A stretch of DNA of 64,000 bases from Octopus bimaculoides (Eukaryota), in the NCBI RefSeq assembly GCF_001194135.2, contig NC_068984.1:102933026-102997025 (forward strand). Reading direction: 5' to 3'. Below are positions 39,259-52,190 of this stretch, piece after piece (position 1 is the stretch's first letter; each line of letters opens with the position of its first letter). The notes under the pieces are model-generated. The model was not told the origin of the DNA, made no database searches, and saw only the letters and a program-made list of their open reading frames with translations. The position numbers were made by a program, and so were the translations under genes.

Positions 39259-39870
39259 AATGTGGGTTGTGTATTTGCTAGTGCTTAATAATTGAACTAT
39301 TGCTTTCTGTGATGATGTCGCCTCTATCATACGTCCCTTGGAGCAGCTTACTGCCTTCATGGCTGTAGTATTTGCTGACTGTCTCACTGGATATCAGTCT
39401 TTTAAATGCTCTGATGCCAAATATTTACACGATTCTTTCATACAAGGAATATATTACACATTATATTGAAGCAAATTTCCATAATTCTTTTGAAAATGTC
39501 ATATTTTATTGCATCGTTCCCCTGGGTTATGAAAATACATAACGATGTATAGATACTCGATAACAAACCGAACAAATATCCAAAACAAAACCTCGTGAAC
39601 TCTACCCTAAACTACCGCAGAGAAATATTGCAATCGATGGTGCCAACAAGATATCTATATTACAATGAGTTCTTCCTAAAATAACTCGAAGACTTACGTG
39701 TGGTAATGTGGTAATTCCATTATCACCTATTTGGTTTCCATAAAGAAATCGTTCCCAAACACGAATCTAACAACTGAACAGAAATACTAAAAACTGGAAT
39801 TTGTTTGTCTGCTCTTCTAATATCTCATACTAGTCCTCAACAATATATTTAGCAATAATCCTTTCTAGCG

Positions 39871-40009
39871 AGGGCGGCGAACTGGCAGAATCATTAATAA
39901 ACCGGGCAAAATTCGTAGCGGCATTTCGTTCGTTTTTGTATCCTTAGTCCAAATTCCGCCGAGGTCGACTTTGCCCTTTATCCTTTGCGATCGGGAAAAT
40001 AAGTACCAG
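39871..40009 (+). mobile_element. SINE family A, 3'-truncated, fused to a Dong fragment
   Basis: Head and central domain up to aaaataagtaccag; no tail. Confidence 0.85.
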
Positions 40010-40773
40010 CAGATTTGAGGTGATTTGAAGCATACCACCCAAAGCCTTATCATTGCTGCACAAGACCAGGCTCTCACTACCAATTCAGTTAAGTATAACA
40101 TCTATAAAACTTCTGACTCCCAGAAATGCAGACTCTGTGGAAAGAGTGTGGAAAATGTGACTCACTTGGTAAGTGGATATGAGAGCTTTGCGCAAAAGGA
40201 ATACAAACGCCGCCACGACAAAGTGTGTGTATCTTCATTGGCTCTTATGTTGTAAATACCATTATGAAGTAACAGAGAACTGGTATGAGCATGTACCAAG
40301 TAAAGTTATGCAGGAGGATGAAAAAGTAACAATACACTGGGACTATGATTTCAGACGGATCGTGTAATCGAACACCGTTGGCCGGATATTGCCATATTGA
40401 ATAAGAGAGATAAATACTGTCAGATCATTGATGGAGCCATACCAAATGATATGAATGTTGAGAAAAGAGGTTGAAAAAATCCCCAAGTACTCCGAATTGA
40501 AAGTGGAAATGGGAAGACTGTATGAAATGCAAGAGGGTAATGTAAAAGTGATACCAGTGGTGATCGGTGCGTTGGGCTCAATCCCATTGAAATTTCAAGA
40601 CTTCTTAAGGCAACTGGAAATCCCATGCAAGATTGATGTCTTGCAAAAAGCAGCCTTATTGGGCACAGCGCACATCTTAAGGAAAGTATTATCTGTCTGA
40701 GGTCCTTGTTGTGACTTGACAGAAGACTAAAGATTCCCGTGCATTTTTACCTACACTGTGGTGTTACGAAGGA

Positions 40774-40850
<77 letters not shown>
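40010..40850 (+). mobile_element. R4/Dong-clade 3' fragment (zinc knuckle + RLE) with (TAA)n tail
   Basis: QSLIIAAQDQAL, CRLCGKSVENVTHLVSG...YKRRHDKV, PDI, IPVVIGALG, LQKAALLGTAHILRKVL; TAA tail 40775-40850. Confidence 0.92.
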
Positions 40851-41325
40851 CGCCACACTAAAAGAAGGTCCCTTTATAATCACTTCTGCATAGAGTTGAA
40901 AAGCGTGTAAAAATTCTTACAGAAGTTGCTGTGTGCAGGGTGCCGCATAGGATCAAATCTTCCCCGACAGAAATCATCAAAAGCATGTAATGTAGCAGAG
41001 TATTGTAACTTCAAAATATATGGTGATAGAAACCACATTATCTCTGGCTAACTAATCTTAGCCGTGATAGAATGCATTTACAGACATGACAGAGTTGTAA
41101 CATGATGCTCAATAGTCACGGTGTGCTGGAAATCTCATAGAGAAGGCCCTTCCCCCAGACTCAGCAAGTAAAAGCATAACGAGATAATGTGAGAGCCTGT
41201 ACGCTATCGCTTGACTCTCTAGAAATGACAGCATAATCTCTCTTAAATGGCACTTTACCATCTTAAACAAGTATACATTAGATAATTTAGACCCTAATAG
41301 AGAAATAGCGTAATAGCCGTTAGTA

Positions 41326-41582
41326 GAGGGTTCCAGTTGATCCAATCAACGGAAAAGACACGCGAACCTTTAACGTAGTTCTCAGGGAGATTCAACCTGA
41401 CACAGAGTATGACAAGGCTAACTCTTTGAAATACAGGTACTGCTCATATTTTCCAGCTGAGTTCACTGGAGCAACGTGAAATAGAGTTTCTTGCTCGAGG
41501 ACACAACGCGTCGCTGGGAATTGAACTCACGACCTTACAATCGTGAGCCGAATACCCTAACCACTAAGCCACAGGCCTTCAC
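41326..41582 (-). mobile_element. tRNA-derived SINE family C
   Basis: Minus-strand head tggcttagtggttaggg (box A) ... gagttcaattccc (box B), then gtgtcctcgagcaagaaactc domain. Confidence 0.88.
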
Positions 41583-41957
41583 GTCAGTAGAACATTACTG
41601 ATAATAGATGTGCTCCACCAGGACTGGGCTGGGAGTGAACACGTAATTAACAACCAGCAATATTCATCATCCAGTAAGATGCTACAACACATACACTTGC
41701 ATAATTGGTACCCGCACATTGATAAGAATCTCAGTCATTCACTATTACTCAGACAAATCACATTCTGCACAACTGCTCACCAGTGAAACAGCCATACTGC
41801 ACATACACTACACAGCCTGCGTCCGACATTAAAATACATAACACAATTCACACACTGAAGAACTCCGACATCCTCAAAGAAGTTCATTTGCCGTTGATAG
41901 ATGGCTGTTGTAGTTTGAAAGGTGCTGTCACCAGCTTCAGAAAGGATAGAAAGCCTT

Positions 41958-42174
41958 CTAAGGTGAGCAGGCAGTGTCGTTACCGCGTCAAACAAAATGC
42001 TTAGCAGAATTTCTTTTGTTTTTACGTTCTGAGTTCAAATTACACCGAGGCCGACTTTGTCTCTCATCATTTCAGGGTCGATGAAATAGGTACCAGTTGC
42101 ACACTGAGATCAATGTAATCGACTAGATCCTTTTCCCCTAATTTCGGGCTCTGTGCCATAACAAAATGGATTGT
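41958..42174 (+). mobile_element. SINE family A, diverged
   Basis: Complete A layout with many substitutions. Confidence 0.8.
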
Positions 42175-42670
42175 TAAGGCCTTCTCTGACATCATTTGTT
42201 AAGTAGAATATTTTTACGCTTGTTTTCTATGCATATCTACTTGTTTGTGAAGTAAAAAAAATAATATTCGTATATTCCTCCAATAATTAAGAAAATAGTA
42301 AGAACCTCTTATAAATCAGTTAGTGAAAGCTTCAATAAATGTTTATAGAACAACGATGCTCTTCAGTTAAAACTTATGAAGCACCACATAATGAAGATAA
42401 CTATTGGCAGTAATACCATTTATTGTTACTTTTCGCTTTATCTCTTCTGTTTTTCATCCAGTTGGATATTCCAGAACGGCATACTTAGCGAAAACAAGCT
42501 AGGATATACAAACTAAGAGACCAGATAATTTATCAGCTATATCTTCTGCATGGAGTTAAGAATGTTGTTTGAGATGAATTTGAACGTAATTTTTCAGTAT
42601 TAAAATAGTGAATGCACTTCATCGTTATTTATGCTTGCATTTGTATGTATGAAAGCATGTATGTATGTTG

Positions 42671-42791
<121 letters not shown>

Positions 42792-42800
42792 GCACACATA

Positions 42801-43350
42801 CAGCGGTTGGACAAAATAATGGAAACACCTAGCATTATAGCATCATAATTTTGAAATATCTAGAAAACCGTTAAAAGCTTGTTTATTTTTATGTTATTTG
42901 ATTTATTATTAGTGTTGCTTAAAATGTTTTGCTAAAATTGTTCTTTCTTTACAGATATCAGGAAAAGGTAATTGACGGATCTATCGGACTTTCAAAGGGG
43001 TCAAACTGTTGGTGCTCGTATGGCAGGCGCTAGTGTAACGAAAACAGTCGAAATGTTTGGTGTATCAAGAAGAACTGTCTCGAAAGTTATGACAGCTTTG
43101 AGAAAAAGGAAAAGACCTCCTCGTCGAAACAAAACTCCGGAAGAAACCAAAACATTCAGATAGAGACCGTCGGACTCTTACGAAAGGATCACAAAGGTAC
43201 AGCTCCCAAAATTACAGCAAAGCTTAATGGCTACTTCGAGAACCCAGTTTCCACAAAAACTGTTCGCCGGGAGCTGCTCGAAGCCGGATTTGACGGGAGG
43301 GCTGCAATCGGAAAACGACTACTTTCAAAAACAAACGTTGTAAACGTTGT
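42801..43350 (+). mobile_element. Tc1-like transposon, left TIR and transposase N-terminus
   Basis: TA|cagcggttggacaaaataatggaaacacc; DLSDFQRGQTVGARMAGASVTKTVEMFGVSRRTVSKVMTA is a Tc1 paired-like HTH. Confidence 0.88.
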
Positions 43351-43783
43351 CAGTTCAGATCAGTTCCACTGCGAAACAACTTGGGAAAATGCCATCTAAT
43401 ATAAACCCAGGACACTAGGCTGACCAATTGCTAGTGAATGAATACAGTGGACGCAAATTCTATGGAAGCAGGTCGTGTGTTTCTCTCTCTCTCTCTCTCT
43501 NNNNNNNNNNNNNNNNNNNNNNNNNNNNNNNNNNNNNNNNNNNNNNNNNNNNNNNNNNNNNNNNNNNNNNNNNNNNNNNNNNNNNNNNNNNNNNNNNNNN
43601 NNNNNNNNNNNNNNNNNNNNNNNNNNNNNNNNNNNNNNNNNNNNNNNNNNNNNNNNNNNNNNNNNNNNNNNNNNNNNNNNNNNNNNNNNNNNNNNNNNNN
43701 NNNNNNNNATATATATAAATAAACATATATATATACAATATATATATATGTATGTATGTATGTATACATATATGTATACATAC

Positions 43784-43839
<56 letters not shown>

Positions 43840-43859
43840 ATATATATATACATTGGGTG

Positions 43860-44095
43860 CGGTGGGATGTCTTTTTGTCTGTGTTTGCCCGCTTCACTGC
43901 ATGCTAGTATTGATTTGCTTACGAACTTGTAACTTAGCAGTTTGGCAGTAGACCCGATAGATTAGTGCTAGCCTTAAAATAAAATAGCAATCACTGGAGT
44001 CGATCTGTTCGATTAAAACCCCTTCCAGGCGGTACCCCAGTATGGCCGCAGTCCAATGACAGAAATAAATGATTAGAAGATAAAAGGAGAATTTC
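43860..44095 (+). mobile_element. SINE family B, 3' module
   Basis: gtaacttagcagtttggca...ccgatagattagtgctag...ggcggtaccccagtatggccgcagtccaatgac. Confidence 0.75.
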
Positions 44096-45419
44096 TGTAC
44101 TTTTCCTGGGTAAAATAAATCAATACTTGTGTTCATTGATCATAGGATAGAAGCATAATAACAGCGATTTTATTTCCTCTTTTATGTATAATACGCATCT
44201 TCATCGTTAACAAAAGCTGAAATTACAAAAATGCCGAACAGGACCGAACGAAGAAACCAGACACAAGGCAATAGAAAATGATATCTCGAATTAGAGAAGC
44301 AGTAAGTGCATTAGAGAAAGCGAGAGAGAGAGAGAGGGGGGGAGGTGGAGAGAGAGAGGGATGAGAGCGAAGGAGAATGAGAGAAATAGACAGACAAGCA
44401 GATAGAACAGAGCAGAGCAGAGCGGTAGACTCAGTGCAGTATCCTGATTATTGGATGACACTTAAGTGATAAACTTTCTGGAATTGATCCTAATCTTGCT
44501 GAAAATCTAAACCTCAGAACTGATTCTGATCAATAAAAATATATCGTTTTGTTCTGCTGCAAAACTTGAAATGCAGTAAAGTGATATAAGTGATAGATTG
44601 CAGGTCGGAGGTATAAAGAAGAATATGATAACTAGAAAAATGAATATTGATATATAATTATATATATATATATATACATGTACATATGCATATATATATA
44701 TACACACACACACATACACACATAGATATACACACACACACATACACACATACACAAACATGTGTGCTTATAATCTAGTATCTAGTACCAGTCGTACAGT
44801 AAAAAGCCGAACTTGAGAAAGAGATTATTATGTTGAAGATCCTTTTAATCCACGTCACGTTCTTTCTGACGTATAATACGAATCGGTGAATGAGCACTTT
44901 ATGATGCTCGGAGCCAAACCATGTTTAAAATGTTTATATTGAACTTTCGTTGTCGAATGATGGCTAATGGATTTTCCACTGCATTCCATAGTAAACATTT
45001 CGTTGTTCATTCAACTGAACTACCTACTTATTAAATTAACCAGTAAGTTGCCGAGTATTCCACAGAGACTTATACCTCTAACGTAATCCTAAATCAGAAG
45101 NNNNNNNNNNNNNNNNNNNNNNNNNNNNNNNNNNNNNNNNNNNNNNNNNNNNNNNNNNNNNNNNNNNNNNNNNNNNNNNNNNNNNNNNNNNNNNNNNNNN
45201 NNNNNNNNNNNNNNNNNNNNNNNNNNNNNNNNNNNNNNNNNNNNNNNNNNNNNNNNNNNNNNNNNNNNNNNNNNNNNNNNNNNNNNNNNNNNNNNNNNNN
45301 NNNNNNNNNNNNNNNNNNNNNNNNNNNNNNNNNNNNNNNNNNNNNNNNNNNNNNNNNNNNNNNNNNNNNNNNNNNNNNNNNNNNNNNNNNNNNNNNNNNN
45401 NNNNTATATATATATATAT

Positions 45420-45756
45420 ATTCTATTCCTTTTTCCTCGTATTTTTTTTTATCATATGACTGCGGCCATACAGCAGCACCACCTTTAGTCGAGCAAATCG
45501 CCCCCAGGACTTATTCTTTGTAAGTCTAGTACTTATTCTATCAGGTTGTTTTGCCGTACCGCTGAGTTACGGGGACGTAAACACACCAACATCGGTTGTC
45601 AAGCGATGTTGGGGGACAAACACAGACACACAAACATACACATACACACACACACATGCACACACACACACACATATATCTTTATATATATATACGACCG
45701 GCTTCTTTCAGTTTCCGTCTACCAAATCCACTCACAAGGCTTTGATCGGTCCGGCC
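45420..45756 (-). mobile_element. SINE family B, 5'-truncated
   Basis: Reverse complement matches 58361-58790 from the middle of the CORE-like domain to the tail. Confidence 0.88.
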
Positions 45757-45900
45757 ATTCCGATAGAGATATTTGTGTGTATCTCTGTATCATGTATATC
45801 TACAAATGCATGTGCGCGCGCGCATGCATACATACATAGATACATGCATATGCATATATATATATATATATGTGTGTGTGTGAGTGAGTGTGTGTGTGTG

Positions 45901-45940
<40 letters not shown>

Positions 45941-45966
45941 AGTATAAAATGCCTTTTTTTTTTATA

Positions 45967-46162
45967 CACAGAGGAGACCCTTGACAGGGCCCCTTACATG
46001 CCTAGAAGAGCAGTTAAAACCCAAACCACGGAAAAAGAATTCATGAGGCACGCTGTTATAACACTAGAACGAACACAAAAAAAAAAAAATGAATTAGTTA
46101 ATCTCGAACTCAACTGCCCTTTGAGACATGTAAGGTGCCCTATCAAGGGTCTCCTCTCTGTG
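45967..46162. mobile_element. foldback MITE with about 50-bp TIRs and TA flanks
   Basis: Left cacagaggagacccttgacagggccccttacatgcctagaagagcagtt vs reverse complement of right cacagagaggagacccttgatagggcaccttacatgtctcaaagggcagtt; TA on both sides. Confidence 0.85.
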
Positions 46163-46254
46163 TATAAGAATATATTATAGACTTATATTTTTTTTAAATA
46201 TGTCTTATGACTTTTATTTATGCATACTAACTACTGGTAATAAATTTATTTTAA

Positions 46255-46323
46255 TTTATTAGCTTCATATTTACGACAGTTACATGTATATACTGATATA
46301 GTTAGACAGACAGACAGACAGAC

Positions 46324-46383
<60 letters not shown>

Positions 46384-46512
46384 GCACAGAGAAAGATGAA
46401 GAGAGAAAAGGGAGAACAAATCAGAAAGAGAGAGAGAGGGAGAGAGACTAGATAACAGAGAGGGCAATTTGTATATTCACGAAACTATGATAGCTGAAGC
46501 TTCTCTCCTGAA
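46255..46512 (-). repeat. inverted copy of the insert at 48831-49117
   Basis: Near-identical reverse complement, including the unique segments between the GACA/GATA/GA microsatellites. Confidence 0.9.
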
Positions 46513-46859
46513 ATGGTAAAATTACAAGAAAAAGATGTGTGTTTGGTGGCAACGATTGTTGAAGTGGAAGCAGTTTTAAGGTACTTTAAGCAGGCGACAT
46601 ACTGAGATGCAATATTTCGCCTTAATGACATTTCAAATGCCTTAAGACATGACACTAATCACGAATCAATGTTTTTAGTCAACTGAATCTGATACCGTGA
46701 CCACCTCGAGGCATTTGCTACAATAACAAGTTTCATGAAAATGATGATAATATTGATATCGATCAGGATTATTATCATCATTATCAATGATTACTGTGAT
46801 TTGTTGTGGAAATGAATCCTCGCTTATATCTTGATTGTGTTTATATATGCAGATTTAGG

Positions 46860-47420
46860 ATGTATACAGCCATCTTATATATACTATTTAGCATTGCCCT
46901 GTTATATATACATGCTTATTGTTAGTATAACCATCTTATATTCTCATTCTTTTGGTTAGTATAGCCGTGTTATATAAGCACTGCTAAGTATCGTTATGTT
47001 ATGTGTACGTGTTTAAAATATATAGTACTGTTATCTTATATACATTCTTTAACATTGCCATGTTATATACACAGTCTTACGATTTGTATAGCCATCTTAT
47101 ATACATCATTTAGTGTTGCTGTGTTGTATAAACATACTTATGATTGGCTTAGCCATCTTATATACATATGCTTTTAGTTCGTATAGTAGTGTTATATACA
47201 CTGCTAAGTATCGCTATGTTATATGTACATGCTTATGTAGATAAACTATTGCCTTCTTATATACACTTTTTAGTAGCGCCATGTTATATACCAGATTATC
47301 ATTAGCATCGCCATCTTATATATACATCGTTGTGCTTAGTATCGCTGTGTTATATACACATGCTGAATAACAGCATGTGATATACACGTGTTTATGTTTA
47401 GTATGACGATATTATGCAAT
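46860..47420. repeat. degenerate about 30-bp minisatellite
   Basis: Recurring gccat(c/g)ttatata(c)a at roughly 30-bp spacing. Confidence 0.75.
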
Positions 47421-47986
47421 ACAGTGATAAACCCTAATTAGCATAACTAGAGACTGTAGGGGTCTTTTAAAACTATTTTCATTTGTTTGGCATGAACGTG
47501 TATTTGTATGTGTGTGATTGTGTGTATATGTGTGTGTGTGTTTATGTGTGGAAGTAGCAAATATGTCACTTTCTGGTCTTTCTAGGGAACTATATCATGC
47601 GCAGCTGTGATAACGATAAAACGCCTCTTGCAGTATGTGTTCAGAGATTTAACCACCCACGTTGACACATATCTTCATTATATCATAAAAGTTTTTGTTG
47701 AATGTTTTGCCTTTCTCGGTTACGGCTCACTATGATATGAAAGACACATACTAAGTGATGTTATAAAATCATGCAGTGTTGTGTTTGAAGATTTATGAGC
47801 AAAGGTCTTGTACCGAACCAATCTCACTTTCTGAACAACGTTTGCAGTCGCCCAAAAACAAGAACTACTCTACATCATTGAATGCAAACGAAGCTGCAGG
47901 TGTTACACCAGAGTTTTCTTTCTCCAATAAAATTGTCGGAAATTCTGGCCTTGATCCATTGCGCACGCATACACACACACACACGC

Positions 47987-48034
<48 letters not shown>

Positions 48035-48045
48035 ACACTCTCACA

Positions 48046-48081
<36 letters not shown>

Positions 48082-48086
48082 GTATA

Positions 48087-49034
48087 CAGGGTGCTCCAGA
48101 AAGATTTACTCATGTTTAAAACTCTTCCTAAAGAATATCTGTCCAGGTAATATTATCTACATTTAACATAAAGATTTGCATATATCTTTTGTTTATGTGT
48201 CTATTGTTTCGTCTGTCTATAACAGGTTTGTAAATAAACATGGCGTCGAAAGCAAAACGTGACGCTTTGAAAACATCGGGAGTGAGCAACAAAGACATAA
48301 TAAAGCAGTTGGATGTGTGCCGTTAAACAGTGTTCAATACCTGGAAACGATATATGGAGACTGCTACTACCTCTAGCAAGCCAATTCCTAGTAGGAAATG
48401 ATCAATTCGTTCCAAACGATTGAAGCTATGAAGAAGTGAATGAACCGAAATCCACAAGAGAGTGCAGGAAAAATCTGCAAAAGCTCTTGATATTTCGAAA
48501 TTGTCAATGCACAAGGTTTTTTAAGAGGATTTAAAACTAACTGCATACAAGTATCAATCCCGGCAATTAATTTCAGGAGCTTCCAAGAAGAAACAGCTCG
48601 ACGGGTTTAAAACCATGTTAGCTGAGATAAACGCGCGCTAACAAAGTGTTGATCTGGTCCGACGAGATCGTCACCGCGGGGACAGTTACCAGCAGGCAGA
48701 TGATAGGCTTCATGCACCTACTGCAGGAGACTTATCCGAAAGTAGCAGGAGTCATTTACGTCATCAGAAGCCAGCTACACTCATGGTGTGGACCGCAGTT
48801 GCATCTGATGTGTCCATGTCTCCCCCGATCTTCAGGAGAGAAGCTTCAGCTATCATAGTTTCGTGAATACAAATTGCCCTCTCTGTTATCTAGTCTCTCT
48901 CCCTTCCTCTCTCTCTCTCCCTTCCTCTCTCTCACTCCCTTCCTCTCTCTCTCTCTCCCTCTTTCTGATTTGTTCTCCCTTTTCTCTCTGCATCTTTCTC
49001 TGTGCATCTATATATCTATCTATCTATCTATCTA

Positions 49035-49078
<44 letters not shown>

Positions 49079-49621
49079 ACTATATCAGTATATACATGTA
49101 ACTATCGTAAATATGAAGTTTATGTTAAAATGTTGGATGAGAAAGTGTTACCCTGGTTCATAGAAACCTTTGGTTACCATTACATCATCAATCAAGACCG
49201 GTCTTCAGCCCACACATTCAATTTGACACAGAGGTAGTGCAAAAAGCATTTCAGCGGTTTTTGGAACAAAAAGATATAGATCTCCCTCAAGTCCAGACAT
49301 CAATCCCATAAACTTTGCTATCTGGTTCATCTTCGAGAGTAACGTTTCTACTCGCCCCTATTCAAATGTATCAGATCTGAAGAAAGCCCTTCTGTGTTCA
49401 TGGGTCAAGACGGATGAAGAGGTGGTACGGTGCTCATGCAATTCAGCGACCACTCGTTTGCAGGTTATGATCAAGGCAAAAGGTGGTCATTTTGAAATGT
49501 AATTCCTGGAATGGATTGTCAATTTACTTTAGAACGTTTGAGCCAAATTTCATTATCCTACCTTAAGTTTATTTTGAATAATTAAGAAATATCAATGGGT
49601 AAATCTTTCTGGGACACCCTG
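48087..49621 (+). mobile_element. Tc1/mariner-superfamily element, maT (DD37D)-like, TIR-complete but decayed
   Basis: TA|cagggtgctccagaaagattt ... aaatctttctgggacaccctg|TA; transposase remnants MASKAKRD, IWSDE, (V)MVW.AVASD, YVKMLDEKVLPW, QDRSSAHT; interrupted at 48831-49117. DD37D spacing not counted because of frameshifts. Confidence 0.85.
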
Positions 49622-49653
49622 TAAATTCTCACTATCTCTCTCTCTCTTTCTCT

Positions 49654-49692
<39 letters not shown>

Positions 49693-49820
49693 NNNNNNNN
49701 NNNNNNNNNNNNNNNNNNNNNNNNNNNNNNNNNNNNNNNNNNNNNNNNNNNNNNNNNNNNNNNNNNNNNNNNNNNNNNNNNNNNNNNNNNNNNNNNNNNN
49801 NNNNNNNNNNNNNNNNNNNN

Positions 49821-49852
<32 letters not shown>

Positions 49853-51060
49853 CCTGATTTGTAAATAAACGTTATAAATTATAAATTCCCTATTGCTTTC
49901 TTTTCTATTTTTCTCTTTTCTCTTATTTCTTCTCTTTGATAAAAGGTTTAATCCGAAACATTAGATTCTCTTCTCTTCCCTTCATTGGCGTATATATTTT
50001 CAGTGTACACATTTTAGCCTTATAATCTTACCCATTTTATTTTTAAACTTACATATACAGATGTGTATGCGTGTGTATATCGACTGGTTGTTCATTTTAT
50101 CCCTACAGCAAGGAAGACAATCGTCCTACCGGAAATCCCCAGCACTTTTTCATTAGTAGAGTGGAAGAAAAAATATTATATTATCTTTCTGCATTTATTT
50201 ACTTCGTTTTACGTCTTTTTCTATCGGCAGTGACTTTCCTTACTGCTACTGGCAAACAAATTCTACTCATAAGATGTTATGGTAGACCTGTGGTTGTGGT
50301 AGAAGAGATTTAAATATGATGGAATGTTGCATATTGGAAGACACATATTTGTCAAATGAAATTCTTACACACACAGCCAAGATTGGGAGTGTGCAGGTGC
50401 GCGCGCGCGTGTGTGTATGTGTGTGTTTGACAACTAGTTACTAATACAATTCCACTCTAGATATTGACCAGGAATCAGAAGCACGACCAAACATTTTGCC
50501 ACATCATAATACACAGTATTGCTTTGAAATATGTGATAAACGAATGTTACAGATGTATGTGATTTTAAATAATTAAAATAATCTTTCCGCGGTGTCATTG
50601 CTTCAGTTTCAACACATCGTCTCCAGATGGAGTAGTTACCTGGCAAAACAACTATGTCTGCATTACACACACACACTCGTATATGCACGCGTGCACACAC
50701 ACACACACACACAAGTACGCACACATGCACAAATGTGTGTGTGCGTATGTGTGTGTATGTATTCTTTTATTGAAATCTAAAGTTTCACGCTGTGACTACT
50801 CACAGTTTTCCGTTACTATCACATTCCTCAAGGCAAACGTGATAGTGAAGAATCAGCCTCGAATATATGAATAAAGTCTACTACATGTTTCAGTACATTC
50901 TTCTCTCGTTTGTACAACTAAACATTTATGTATGTATATATGTATGTATGTATGTATGCATGTATGTATGTATGTATGTATGTATGTATGTATGTAGGCA
51001 TGTATGTATGTATGTATGTATATGTATGTGTGTATATACATGTATATGTATGAATGTGTC

Positions 51061-51096
<36 letters not shown>

Positions 51097-51816
51097 CGTA
51101 TGTATGTGTTTCATGTGTACAGACACACATATATGTGTGAGTCTGTACGAATGTACTTATGTATGTATGTACCTATGTATGTGTGTGCATATGTATATAT
51201 ATCGTATTTATACATGCACGTGTGTATGTATGTATGTATGTGTGTGTGTATGTATGTATGTATGTATGTGTGTGTATGTATGTATGTATGTATGTATGTA
51301 TGTATGTATGTATGTATGTGTGTGTGTATGTATGTATGTATGTATGTATGTTTGTGACTGCATTCTCGCAGTAAGTATGCAGCGGTGTACCAGAAAATAA
51401 ATACTTGTATCAACTTACAGCAGTGGTTAACACCTGACTGAACTAATATTCGAAATACGGGTGTCTTCATGAATGTAGAAACATCTGTGTCGAAACTCAA
51501 AGTATGTATTTTCTAGATAAAAGAAAATACCGAAGTTGAGTCAATAAAACTCCTAAAAGCTATGTTGTGAACACTTATTTTCACTTCATAATCGTGAACG
51601 AAACTGCGTGGAATTGACCATGAGAGAAACATGTCTGAAGGTTGAATCTACAACTTCGTTACATTATTAGCCTTGAGTTTTCTTAGATATCACAAAACAG
51701 AGCCTGGCACGATATTTAAATGAACGGGAAGACGGAAGACCTGTTGTAATTAAAGGAAGTATTGTGTTGAGCATTCTTACTACCTTGAAATGTCCTAAAG
51801 TCACTCTTGTTATTTC

Positions 51817-52015
<199 letters not shown>

Positions 52016-52149
52016 GACATTTGATAGTTTCAGGCAGATTTCTACTGCATCACCTGTTACGCCTCCGTGTTGTTGAGGTGTGTACAACATTGTGCGTTCC
52101 TATTTGTTGTTAGGGGAGTGCAAGCTCTTCCCGTCACTTTATAAATTAT

Positions 52150-52190
<41 letters not shown>

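Noticed and set aside
39290-39470. Open frame TIAFCDDVASIIRPLEQLTAFMAVVFAD...
   Set aside because: Short, no recognisable family, no clear splice sites.
41500-41582. tRNA gene
   Set aside because: Box A/B are present but there is no complete cloverleaf and it continues into a SINE body; the same holds for all A and B heads.
49931-49967. ttgataa-aagg...cc-gaaa-cat motif
   Set aside because: Core has two mismatches; at most a dead relic.
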